From Babesia bigemina (Eukaryota): a DNA stretch of 64,000 bases. The notes beneath the pieces were generated by a model. That model searched no databases and was not told where the DNA came from. It was given only the letters and a program-made list of their open reading frames with translations. The translations under genes were made by a program, and so were the position numbers. Every line of letters begins with the position of its first letter. Position 1 is the stretch's first letter. This document shows positions 43,480 through 55,097 of the stretch, piece after piece. The stretch is from positions 558,001 through 622,000 of the forward strand of contig NC_027219.1 in the NCBI RefSeq assembly GCF_000981445.1, written 5' to 3'.

Positions 43480-46478
43480 TCATAACACCTGCGCCATGTT
43501 TGGAATCACGTTCTTAGTCAACTGCACATATCGCCCGCCAACCTCACCAAGGATACGCCTGACGGTGTGTACCATGTCGGCCCTACTAACGACGACTTCT
43601 TCACTCTTCCCCGCATCTTGCGCATCAGTACCATCCTCGCGGCTGTAATTCAGTGGCTTGATTCGGACTGTGCCGGCCGCTACCTCTGACATGCCGACTA
43701 CCACGGCGAGCTGGGCCCCTGCACGGAATGTCACATGAGGCCGGTGAACTCACTTTTAGCGGTGGCCGCGTCAAATTGCTTGCGTAAATTGGCGCGTGCG
43801 TTATAATGGAACTCGGCAGTGACGCCTCCATCCCATAGAAGGGAGCACAGTCGCAGGCGCTCCAGCGCCATGGACTCGTCTCCAACGGTACACACGAACA
43901 CGTCAGTGATGTCGCTCGAAACGTCGCCGTGGGCAACCACCTTCATCAGGCGTTCTATTCCTACCGACATGCCGACAGATGGCACGTTCCTTCCGGAGAG
44001 CATCCCGATCAGGCCGTCGTACCGGCCACCAGCACCGACAGAGCCGACGGAGGCTCCGGTTAGCACAGCCTCGAAAATGACGCCAGTATAGTAGTCCAGT
44101 CCTCTAGCTAGACTTAGATCGAAGGAGAGCTCCTCAGCGGTGACGCCGTAGGCCGATAGGTACTGGTTCAGCAGCACCATCTCATCCAGCGCTTCGGTGG
44201 CGCCGGCAATGTTTTTCCCGCGCAAAAACGTAACTACATCTAGCATAGGCCCCTTTGTCTCCACGAATTCCTGAAGCGCATTTACCACGCTAACAGACAG
44301 CCCCTTCTCACACATCATCTCGTCTCGCACGTTCGCCCACGGCTCCTTGTCAAGCTTGTCGATGGAGCTGCATATCGTGCGATGCATCTCAGAGGGCACG
44401 CCGCAGTGGCTCATGATGGCATCCAAAACTACTCGGTGTCCTATTTTGACGTGGAATCCACCGGGGCGGAGCATCCGCAGCACGCGAATGAGTATGAACA
44501 GCACCTCGGCGTCGGCCACCATCGGCGGGTGGACGCCCGCGTAGTCCAGATCACACTGCACGAACTCGCGGAACCGGCCGCGGTTAATCTGTGGCTCATC
44601 ACGGCGGTACACTTTGCCGATCTGGTAGCGCTTCATCTTGTCAATCTTGTTGGAAGCCAGGAATCTGGCAAATGGGACCGTCAGGTCGTACCTCAGTGAC
44701 AACTGCTCACCGCCGCTGTCTTTCAGATCGAAGATGAGCTTCTGGTCTTCGCCGTATTTGCCCATTAGGGTCTCTCGAAGCTCAAATACCGGGGTGTCAA
44801 TCTCGCATGCGCCATGCTGCTTGAAAATGGAGCGCACAGCGTCAAGTACAATGGTGCGCACCAGCATCTCCTCGGGCAACGTGTCGACGGTTCCCTTGGG
44901 GACCTTCAGCTTGCGCACCTTCTGGTTGCGTGGGATAAGCAGCGTCTCTACACGCGCTGATTGGTGGAGGAGCCGCGGCCCCGCGAGCGAGTTGCACAAC
45001 ACCTGATACGACCTCACGCCGCTGACACCTTCGCCGCCCAAAAGTTCGCGCAAATACGCAGCAACTCCCAAGTTGCCATGCCCTAGAAGCAGCTTGCGAT
45101 CGCCCGCGTCAGATCCGGCTTTTGCTGCCTCGGCGGACTTGCCCTTGGGCCGCTGCTGCGTTGACAGGATGCTCGTGGATAACGACACACACGCAACGGA
45201 CATGTCTCCGCACACTCCAGCGAGCTTGTCCAGCTTTTCTAGGTTAACAGACGTGGAATCTAAGCTTGCCAAAGACGACTCGAAACTCTGTATCAGGTTC
45301 TCATATTCGGATGAACTGGTATTGACATCCGCCGCGCCTGAGGCGTTCCCGACGCCCGAAGCGTCATCGGAGTGACCGATCTACAGCGCATATAAAACAT
45401 CGGAGGCTCCTCTCACCTCAGAAGATATCACCTTGAAGCGGTTGCTCAACCCCCTCAGGAGGGACATGTAGCACGTGGCAACAGACGTGAGGCAGCGGCA
45501 CAAATTGGCCACATGCGACTGCAACGCGAACAACCAGGCGTGTTCGGCGACTTTTTGCGATGCTGTGCAGAGATGAGTGTGGAGGGCCAGATGGCGCAAC
45601 TAACCTGGGTTGTTCATGCCACCGCAAATGGCAGCAAACATCTCGGAAGTTATCTTGATTACCGCCTTCGAAAGGTGCTCTAGCTCCCCGTTTGCGAGCA
45701 TGTAGCTGGGGAGAATGAGCTCCAGGCTGGCGTCGCCAGAGTTTGACGACGAGGGGATCAACTTGCTGTCCTCAGTCAGCCATATCAGGTTCCGCGCCAC
45801 TCCTACGCAGTGTGGGAGCTTCTGGATCTCCGCGCTCGACAAACACTGCGTGGGTATACGCAGGGACTCGCAAGCCAGGCCGACAGCACAGTCGGAGAAC
45901 TTGGAAAGGGAGCTCAATACCAGGCCAAGCACCGACACCGTTGCAAACAACTCGGTCTGGCCACGGCTCAGCGCAGCGCACTCATCCGCCGTGAGGCCGA
46001 GGCTGCTGGCGATCGTTCCGAGCGCGTCCTTGTCGGATCCCGCGGCACCTATTTGTGCGACGCTTGCCAACGTGCGGACCACACCGGAGCTGGGGGTGCT
46101 GGCCACCTCACTCGGACCCTCGGCACGCAGATTAAGCGACTCCAAGGCCATGCTCACGTCGAAGGAAGTACGATTCAAGGCATCAAAGAGCTTGAGTATG
46201 AACCCGGAGCTTGGTGGCGGCTTCCGACGGACGGCCTTCTGCAGAAGAGCGCAGCATATCATGCGGCCTATAAGAGAATCGCGGTAGCTAGAACCGCGGG
46301 CAGCGGCACCCGCCGCCTTGTCAGAAGCTTCAGAACGCCCAATTGACGTCGAAACTGCAACTCCGAGCGTTTTCGCAAGCTCGGGCTCGAGAACCAGCGG
46401 ACGCTTAGACAGCGCCACGGAGAAGAGCTCCTCCATGGAGAGCATACGCACCGAATTCAGCACAATCTTCGCCATCAT
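43480..46478 (-). CDS. HARS: Cytosolic histidyl-tRNA synthetase with a long N-terminal extension, multi-exon
   Basis: KVPKGT.D, IDTPVFELRE.L.GKYGED.KLIFDLKD.GGE.LSLRYDLTVPFAR, GRFREF.QCD.D, LARGLDYYTG.IFE, GGRYD.L, and an anticodon domain. The exact last exon is uncertain. Confidence 0.95.
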
Positions 46479-46629
46479 GAAGTTAAAGCGCTGTGTAAAT
46501 ATGTCTGCGGAGGGATCGGCGCGATTCCAATGCAAAAACCGCCGCCGGCTCTACATATTCTGATACACATCGGCGCGCCACACGCAAGGACGTTCCCGTG
46601 GGGGAAATGAGTCTGCTAAATCACTTAAA

Positions 46630-48830
46630 ATGGAGCATCCGGACTCAGACGCGCAGGAGAAGCCAACCGAACCGGAGGAGAACCACGACGAGTCCGGAAG
46701 GTTCGAATGGGCGCCGCTCGAGTACGACGCCGCCCTTCAGGCGGAAGGGCTCTTCGGACTCGAGGTTCTGCAGGATGAAAGCGGCCTTCCACCGATCAAG
46801 AAGGCCAAAACTGTCAAAGAAAAGGCTAAGAAAAAGAAAACGCCAGTAAAGAAGCAGGCAAAAGAGGAAGAGGAGGCAGACACGTCGGAGGAGCTTCCGG
46901 ACGGCGAAATAGAGAAAGCAACCCGCGCCTGGAACAGCCTGCTCTTCGACGATTGGGAGATACCGATCCAAGTGCGGCGCAACCTTCATGCGGCGGGTAT
47001 GCTCCTGCCCACGACCATACAGAAATTGGTGTTCAAGCCCTCTCTAACCGGCTCTGCAAACATCGTGGCATCGGCAAAAACGGTATCTTAAAATGGATTA
47101 GGTTGGGTATATTTTGCGTAGGGATCCGGCAAAACACTCGCTTTCTCACTTCCCATCATTCTGGCGTTGCTGAAGCACGAGCGAGCAGGTGAGGAACGAC
47201 CGATACTCTGCCTGGCCGTTCTCCCCACCAGGGAGCTCGCCCTACAAGTCAAGGACACCATAGCGATGTTGCTGAAGGGCACTTCGATGAGCGTGTTCGC
47301 GCTCATTGGAGGCATTGCCATCCAGAAGCAGGAAAGGGTGCTCAAGTACAAGCCTGAAGTCATCGTCGCCACGCCCGGCAGGCTCTGGGACGCCATGCAG
47401 GAGCTCGACATGAAATTCGACCTGAAGTACCTGGTACTGGATGAAGCAGACAGGCTGGTCAGCGACAAGGCCTTCAAGGAGCTGGGCTCGATCGTGGCGA
47501 AGGTCCGGACCAGCCGCACCCAGAACTTCATCTGCTCCGCCACAATGCTGAACGTAGGCGCCACGCGTCGCAAACGACATCGCTGTGCAGAAGAAGAAGG
47601 ATCTGAAGGTCATTTTCAAGATGCTCCAAATCAAGAATCCGACCGTTTGCGTGGCCTCGCACAAGGGGGACGTGGTCATGCCCTACGATCAGTTCGCGCA
47701 ACAGAAGTTTTTCAAAATAAAGGAGGACGAAGAGACGTGCAACACGACCTTGCCGGAGAACCTCAAGTTCCAGGTTGTCAAGTGCTTGGACAACGAAAAG
47801 GTGGTTGCGGCATGCCCGAACGTTGACACCGCTGCAGGAGCTCAAGCTCGTCGCGTATCTGATGGAGCACTACTCGAACGTGGATCACGGCAGGACCATC
47901 ATCTTCGTGAACAGCATCTCCTATGCATACCGGCTGGAGCCCCTCCTCAGGTGGGTGACCCAGCAGCGCTCCGCAACCCCGCCGCAGCCTGATCCTCTGG
48001 AGGGACAAGCACGAGCTCAGGATCGCAAAATCGCACTGCATGACCCTGGACAAAGAATCCAAGGTCAACTACATCACGAGCTTGCACTCGAGGCTGCGGC
48101 AGAAGCAGCGCCTCAAGCGGTTAGAACAGTACGTCCCTGGCAGCGCAACACGCGACGCGTTTTCAGGTTCAACAAACATGACAAGGCCATTATGGTGTGC
48201 ACTGACGTGGCTGCACGGGGCATCGACCTGCCCAAGGTGGACGGGGTGGTGCACTTCCAGCCGCCGAGGAACGCAAGCCTCTTCATACACAGGTCGGGGC
48301 GCACGGCGCGTCTCTCCGCACAAGGTACGCGTTCCAGCAGCGCGCTAATGAGTGTGCCAGGCGCTGCAATATGCATCTGCGAGAGCTCGGAGGCCGAGAC
48401 GTGGGAGAAGCTGTTCAAGGCCGTTAACCGGAGGATGGATGACGAGGAGGAGATCCTGGGCTGCATTCCGCAGAAGCAATACCAGCGTTGGTCACCCGCA
48501 GAAGTGCCGTCAAATGTCGCAGGGTACAAGAAGCTGCTAATGTTGGCGAGCTCCATAGAGGCGCAGGAGCACCAGGTTGGCGGCGGGAACGGTATACGAA
48601 ACAACGTGTTGCAGCTCACGAAGAAGGCCAAAACGGAATCGTGGCTACACACCTTCGCCAAACAGGCGGATATCGTGCTCAGCGATGAGGAATCGGACGA
48701 GGAAGCCAGGCACAGCCGATCGACGACGTACAAGCTCCTCAAAGCCGGGAAGAGGAAACTCCTCAGCGTAAGTCCCAAACGCATCGAAAGCCCAAAAGAA
48801 ACGCAGTTGCGGTCTAATAATGACGGCTAG
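46630..48830 (+). CDS. DEAD-box RNA helicase, DDX24/Mak5-like, multi-exon
   Basis: AKT|GSGKTLAF (spliced), PTRELA.Q, ATPGRLW, LVLDEADRL, SAT, LHS...QKQRLK.LE.F, TDVAARG.D, HRSGRTAR. Also the N-terminal EGLFGLE and C-terminal SWL..A..ADI of the Mak5 type. Confidence 0.88.
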
Positions 48831-49248
48831 TGGCCACTCGCCGTTGCTGATGGCCCGAGGAACAGGAAGGCTAGGTGCCGGCAACGTCTCGTCCATTGGC
48901 CGCAGCGGCGGCGTGGACCTTACAGACAGTTCACGTTGGCTCTCTATATACTGATACGTACTACACACGGCTTCCAACTGCAAGCGTAATTATATTTGGA
49001 TATCACCGCAGCCCGCAGGGCTGTCACCTGCGGCGCGTGTAACATCGTGCCCGTGGACGCGTAGAGGCGGACGGACTACACGCCGCACCGTGTCCTACGC
49101 GCACATTTTAAACAAACGACGCGTAAGCAGTCGCAGGAGGTGGAGCGCAACGCAGGTGTTACCAGTCTGCGCCAACTAGTCTGACTCGGCGGTGGAAGCC
49201 GCGCATCGTTCTTAGAGGCCCAGCACAGTACACCAACCCGCGGGCGCG

Positions 49249-50004
49249 ATGGGCAAAATTGACAGCGCCGCCAAAAAGCTCCGGGTGGTGTTCCTGCACG
49301 GGTTCACGCAGACGGATGAGATGCTAAGGCAGAAGACGTACGCCTTCAAGACGACGTGTTCGCACTACCTCGACATCAAGTACGTCTGCTCGCCGCACGT
49401 GCTGCGGACGCCCCCGGCGTTCCACGACGACGCCCGCACCGGGAAGGACGATGACGAGATCAGGGAAATGGAAAACGCGGCGCGCGAGGCGTACGTCAGA
49501 GACCACGGAACCAAGGACAGCTACGGAAACACGTGGTTCTTCACGGGCAGTCACGGCGAGTACTCCTCGCAGGTGAAGTCCGCAGAAGTGGTGGGACTCG
49601 AGGACTCGTTCAAGGTCGTGTTCGACGCCTGCAAGGAGCACAACGCGGACGGGATCATGGGCTTCAGCCTCGGCGCACTCATGACCGCACTCGCCGCGCA
49701 GAGGGCGCTGCAGGACGAATCCGTCGGATGGAAGCCGAAGTTTGCCGTGCTTTTCAGTCCGCCGATGGTCGGAAACCAGACCATATGCAACATCCTGGAG
49801 AGCGGGCCTAAGATCGACGTGCCGTCGCTGCATCTCATCAGCGAAAACGACACCATCGTCAAGCCTGAACGGTCGTACCGCATACTCAAGTACTTCAGGG
49901 AACCTGAGGTCAGATTCCACTCGGCAGCGCACACAGTCCCGCATACCGAGTGCAAGGAAGTCTACCGCAACTTCTTCACTCGCTTCCTCTCACACGCAAC
50001 ATAG
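49249..50004 (+). CDS. FSH1/OVCA2-family serine hydrolase
   Basis: FLHGFTQ, DGIMGFSLGA (nucleophile elbow), PSLHL....D..V, H..P. Confidence 0.88.
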   Translation: MGKIDSAAKKLRVVFLHGFTQTDEMLRQKTYAFKTTCSHYLDIKYVCSPHVLRTPPAFHDDARTGKDDDEIREMENAAREAYVRDHGTKDSYGNTWFFTGSHGEYSSQVKSAEVVGLEDSFKVVFDACKEHNADGIMGFSLGALMTALAAQRALQDESVGWKPKFAVLFSPPMVGNQTICNILESGPKIDVPSLHLISENDTIVKPERSYRILKYFREPEVRFHSAAHTVPHTECKEVYRNFFTRFLSHAT

Positions 50005-50018
50005 ACGCAACAAAACAC

Positions 50019-51810
50019 ATGGCCCGCGGCGGCATCAATTTCTCACTGCCCAAAACGCTCGAAGCCGCCCGCAGGTCGCTTGGGAGACGGTCCAGAGTCC
50101 GCAGCGATGCACGCAGCGGAGGCGCTACACACCAATCGGCAGACGCGCTGCTGCGGACGCAGTACGGGCTCTCCGAGGACGCGTACAGGGAGTACGGCGT
50201 AAGGGAGGGGATGCTGGCGGCCCACATGGCCAACAAGGACTCCTTCGTGCTGGACGAAGGCTCGGTCTACACCGAGCTGCACAAGTGCAATGCGCACAAC
50301 ATCGCCTCGATATTCCAAACGAAGCCCGAGTCCATCTTTTCTGCGCTCCCTGAGGGGGCTTGCGGTGGGTGAAATGCGTCTGACCATCGTAACGAGAGCA
50401 GGGGACGTCCTCAAGGACATCGCTCTGCTGCCGGAAGGGCAGGCCCTGGGCATCGTAAACAGGAAGGTCGCCGTAGAAATAATATCGCAACTGAGGCAGT
50501 ATGCGTCGTCAAAGAGAGGGGAGATTCGTGCCAGGGGCATGTTGCTGGACGGCAAAAGGGGGACGGGCAAGGTGGGCAGCACGGTCGTCAGCCTAACCAT
50601 CCATGCAGAGCTACGTCCTCAACCACGTCGCCATGTGGGCGCGGCAGAACGGCTGGATGGTGATCATGGAACCTTCGCCGTCGAAATATGCGAGGGAGGT
50701 CGGCAGCATTAAACGCTCGAACGCAGGGGTGTATATTCAGGTATCAACGACGAACACGAGGAACCGACCATGTGCAGAGCGAGTTCGCCGTCAAGTTCTT
50801 GGAGACGCTCATGACGGCCAACGCGGAGAAGCTGGAAATGATAGACGTGAAACCGCAGCATTACGGCAAAATCGCCTTGGACGGTAACCACGTCGAGTAC
50901 ACCAAGCGCATGTTCAACCCGGTGATACGGAAGGCCGTTGAGGAGGAGCTGGAGATATTTATGGAGGAGGAGGGCGGCAGCGTAGGTCGAGCATGCTGCA
51001 CGTAACCCTTTGCCAGGCCTTGGAAGTGGAGGTGGAAAGGCTCAAGCTCTGGCACTCGTACAGGCAGCAGTTCAAAATACCGGTCCTCAGGTACGGAGGC
51101 AGATTAGACCTTGCGTGACGCTTAGCAGAGACGTGCTCCACGCGCCAAAAACCCTGGTGCAAATAGCAAAGTTCGGCATCGAAAACGAGACCTACGCGAA
51201 CCAAGCTGTGTACGAGCTGTTCGATCAGCTCAAGCACCAGACGGTCTTCCCGCTGCTTATCATTGTCGGTAGGTTGCCGGTGTAACCAAGCACCGAAACG
51301 CCTCAGACGAATACAACGAATGCTTCCCCGTGTCCGAGTACCTCTCCATCAAGTACGAGAACACCAAGTTCAACGGCTGGATACCCAGCTACCACCTTGC
51401 AATGCCGCGCCTGTTTAGCAAGTTCGACGGGGAGCAGTACACAAACGGTAACGTGCCGCTGTGCTAGGGTGGAATTTCGCTAAGGTATCAAGCTGGTCGC
51501 GACAAGTTGGGCCCGGAACAAACGGCGTGACTACAAACCCGAACTGCTCGGGATAATGTGGGTCATATGGTCCATGATGTCACAGCGCCAACGCAGGCCG
51601 CACGAAGTCCGCACGGTGCGGGAGTTCACGCCGAAGGAATACGCGAACCTGGTCCACCACCTGCAGCGCACGCAGACTATCTTCGACTTCCCCAGCGACA
51701 AGACCATGTACTTCTACATGCTCACAGGCAAGCGCGTGGAGCAGTCTTTACCAAACATTACAGGCGGCAACGGTTTCGAAAGCAGGCGGCTGCTGTCGAA
51801 GCTGTACTAG
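50019..51810 (+). CDS. DAP3: Mitochondrial small-subunit ribosomal protein mS29/DAP3, multi-exon
   Basis: LLDGKRGTGK|SYVLNHV..WARQNGW.V (P-loop), FPLLIIVD.YN, V.EFT.KE, and a C-terminal LTGGNG. Confidence 0.8.
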
Positions 51811-53456
51811 TTCTCCGGCAGCGTCAGCACCAAGAACTCGTGCTCCATCGCATCCTCTGGCGTGGGGCGCTTCTCCGGGTCCGGATTCAGAATGTATTTG
51901 ATGAACTCCGCGAATGGACGGTGTTCGGGTTTCACCAGCTCCTGAGGCGCGTTAGATGCGCATTGGCGCAACGTACCATGATGCCCGAGCAATACTTGAC
52001 TCGCTCCACCGAAGAACGCGAACGCGCGCCGTCGGGCCTGCAGCAGGTCACACGCACAAAACGCAACGTACCAGTTTAGGGAGAGCTTGTCAGGGTGCAG
52101 ATAGCGGCGGCCGTCGGTCGTCCGCGCCTTCTCCAACATGCTAGCCGGCAGGCGGCCGACCGTCTGCTCCATCATGGCCAGATGCTCCAGATGGCTGTGG
52201 GTGTTAAACAACAAATCACCCGTGTAAATTTCAATTAGAATGCAGCCCAGAGACCACATGTCGCTCGCGTAAGACCACCCAATGTCTGAAGCGCGTGAAG
52301 CCAGCCGCACGGGCCGCAACTAACCCAGAATCACCTCCGGCGAGCGGTATTGGCGAGTGTTGATGATTGTGCTGTGGTAGTCGTCCTCGTAGATCGTGCT
52401 GCCGAAGTCAATTATCTTGATGTCCGCAGTCGCGGGACGCCTGGTCATCATGCCGGTCTGCAGGTGCCTCGGTGGGCGGGGACGCCAGCAACTTACCATC
52501 GACCGTGGGAAGGGCACCTCGATGAACTCCTCGCGTCCGCATGTGAGGAGGATGTTCTCGGGCTTCAAATCGGTGTGGATCAGCCTGTTCTTTTTCAGGA
52601 ACGCGAGCCCCTTCAGGAGCTGGTAGGCGATTTTCTGAATGTCGGCCATGAAAAAGCCCTTATAGTCGTTACGTTTCAAAAAATCATAGAGCGAGTCGCC
52701 CAGCTGCTCAAACACCAAACACATTATGCGTCTCTTAAACATAAAATGGTCATGCAACACCACGCAATGGCTCTCGCCGGCCACGTCCACCTTGCGGATG
52801 TCCATCAGAATGTCAACCTCAATCTTCGCGGAGCTCACGTACTTCTCCACGTCGCGCACCACCTTCACCGCGAAATGCTCCCCGTTCTTTTCACAGTGGA
52901 GCACGCGGCCGAAGGTGCCGTCGCCGATCTTCTGCACCACCCTGTAGTCGTCCAGCATCATACCGGGCTCCCACTTGAAATGCACGATGCGGTCATTCGA
53001 TTCGCGGTACCGCTTGTGATCCGAGGGGCTGCGTGTGGGAGAGCGGTGGCGGCGGTGCCACTGGTCCTTGTGGTGCGACCGGCGCCTCCGGCTCACGGAA
53101 ACAGACCGATCCCGGGTCCGCCGATCATAGCGCCGACGCCTCGAATCGTGATCGCTCACATCGCGCCGCTCGTAACGGCTGTCGGAGATCTTGTGGCTGT
53201 CCCGGCGGTCGTCGTAGCACCGCCTGGAATCACGCAGCGCATCACGCCGTGAATGGCGGCGGTGGCCGGAATCGACGCGTCGCAAACGGGAAGTCGAGCG
53301 GCGGTAAGAACTAGAGCTGCTGCGACTGCCATAGCTGCCATGACGACGGCGGCTCCCGCGGTCTCCCCTCGAGCTGCTGCGGTGACGGCGACGGCCGCGA
53401 TGAGCGCGACTGTGGGAGCTCCGACGCCGGCGGCTCGAGTAACTCCTGCGATACAT
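51807..53456 (-). CDS. CLK/LAMMER dual-specificity kinase with an RS-rich N-terminus
   Basis: GDGTFGRV, AVKVVR, HTDLKPENILL, IDFGS, TRQYRSPEVIL, EHLAMMEQ. Arg/Ser-rich N-terminus from MYRRSYSS. Confidence 0.95.
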
Positions 53457-53560
53457 CGATTGACTCCTTTTAAAAATTACGCGCGGCCGTGCGCTCCTTT
53501 TCACTGCAGACAGCCTGTCCTGCGGGTGGGAAGGAGCGGCGGCAGCGGACGAACACAAAC

Positions 53561-54950
53561 ATGCCGAAGACAAAAGACGGTAAGACATGGCAATGGACAC
53601 AGGCCGAAGCCAGCGAGTTTTTTAGCTACGCTAGAGGCAGCTTCGACGCCGGTGACCGCCTGGCTCTGGACAAGAAGCTAAGGTCAGAGCCATCGCAACG
53701 CAGACACATACCTCGCAGATGTGCCGCCGAGGACGCCGTAACGCAGCAACGATGCCCGAGTGACATTCAGAAGGGGTTCAAGCGGCACGAAGGTGGCGTT
53801 GATCGCTTTCATTCTCACCCAGCTGCAGACGACATCATCGGCGAATGTGTAGACGAGCTGTGGAGCAGCGACGAAAAACTGGCTGCAGTCGTCGCCGACG
53901 CCCTTGAAAACGCGGCAACCACCTACGAAAGGGTCAAACAAAAAGGGATAAATGGTTCGTTTGATGGAAGTCTGTCGCACATGTCACGTAGAAGGCCTGA
54001 AGGTTACCAAGGAGGTCGACGTGCAACTCATCCAGACTGCGTGGAAGCAGGCGTTCACCATGAGCCTCAGCAAATTCGCCATGCTGGACATACAGAAATG
54101 GTGTGCAAGCAGGGCTGCCGATGGCGGGTTGTGTGCGCTCAGCGGTGGGTGATGGACACGCAACACGTGATGGCATGCAGAGGAGGATTACATGGACTTC
54201 ACGGGAAACACGATCCACTCCATAGTCAATGAAGGTCTAGGAATCGTCGCCGGATACGCAGCTGTGGACGTTTGTTTTGGTGACTCGTAATTACTAACGG
54301 GTGGCAGCGTTCGGCGATACGGCGCGAGCTTATGTTCATGCAATATAACGGGCTCTTTACTAAGGTACGTAGCTGGCGTTTCGCGACGTATAATGGGTCA
54401 TAAGAACAAGGAAGTCATTACTCCCTACCGAGGTTGCGCGACGCTTTGGGTGAAAGCGGAAGATCTGTCTCCCGAGCACCATAAGGTACCGGCGGTGACC
54501 ACCGAAGCCCTATACCACGCAGGAAACTCTCAAGGTAATCGAGAAAATAAAGCGAGTGCCCTTCGAGTTATGCAAAAGGTGCAAGATCATGCTACAGGTA
54601 ACCCCCGTAACTGAGTTCTCACAAATGGCAGATAATATCGCACGTCCGCCTGGTGCTGATGAACGGGACGGACGCGGAGATCAGACTCCATGAGGATTCA
54701 CTGAACAACGGTGTGATGTTCACAATCCTGTACATCGCATCTATCGACTCAAATGAAGACGTGCACATCGGCATAGAGGTATCGGGGGCGCGGAAAGATG
54801 TAAAACTCGAAACGGATATGCTGATCGTATTGAGGTGAGTGCACGAAAACCTCTGAATCACGGCTATGCAGAAGCAACGTACCATATGAAGTTAAACCTG
54901 TGAACGGCACAGTTTTCATCGTGAACGCGTGGGTCACGGGCACCAAGTGA
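53561..54950 (+). CDS. Multi-exon protein with a degenerate PHD/EGLN-type 2OG-Fe(II) oxygenase-like C-terminal domain
   Basis: Series of short GT-AG introns from MPKTKD. Final exons read RLHEDSLNNGVMFTILY...DMLIVLR|SNVPYEVKPVNGTVFIVNAWVTG. Internal exons were not fully resolved. Confidence 0.6.
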
Positions 54951-55097
54951 CAGGAATGCGACGAACTAAAAGAAACCCAGTGGCGCCGCCGACAGCAGTA
55001 ATGCACACGGTAGCAACACTTAGCAAATACAATTTTATCGCACTACATGTTTCGTGAGGCGTTGTTGAGTGCTGGCGAGTGCCCATGTGGCGGGGAA

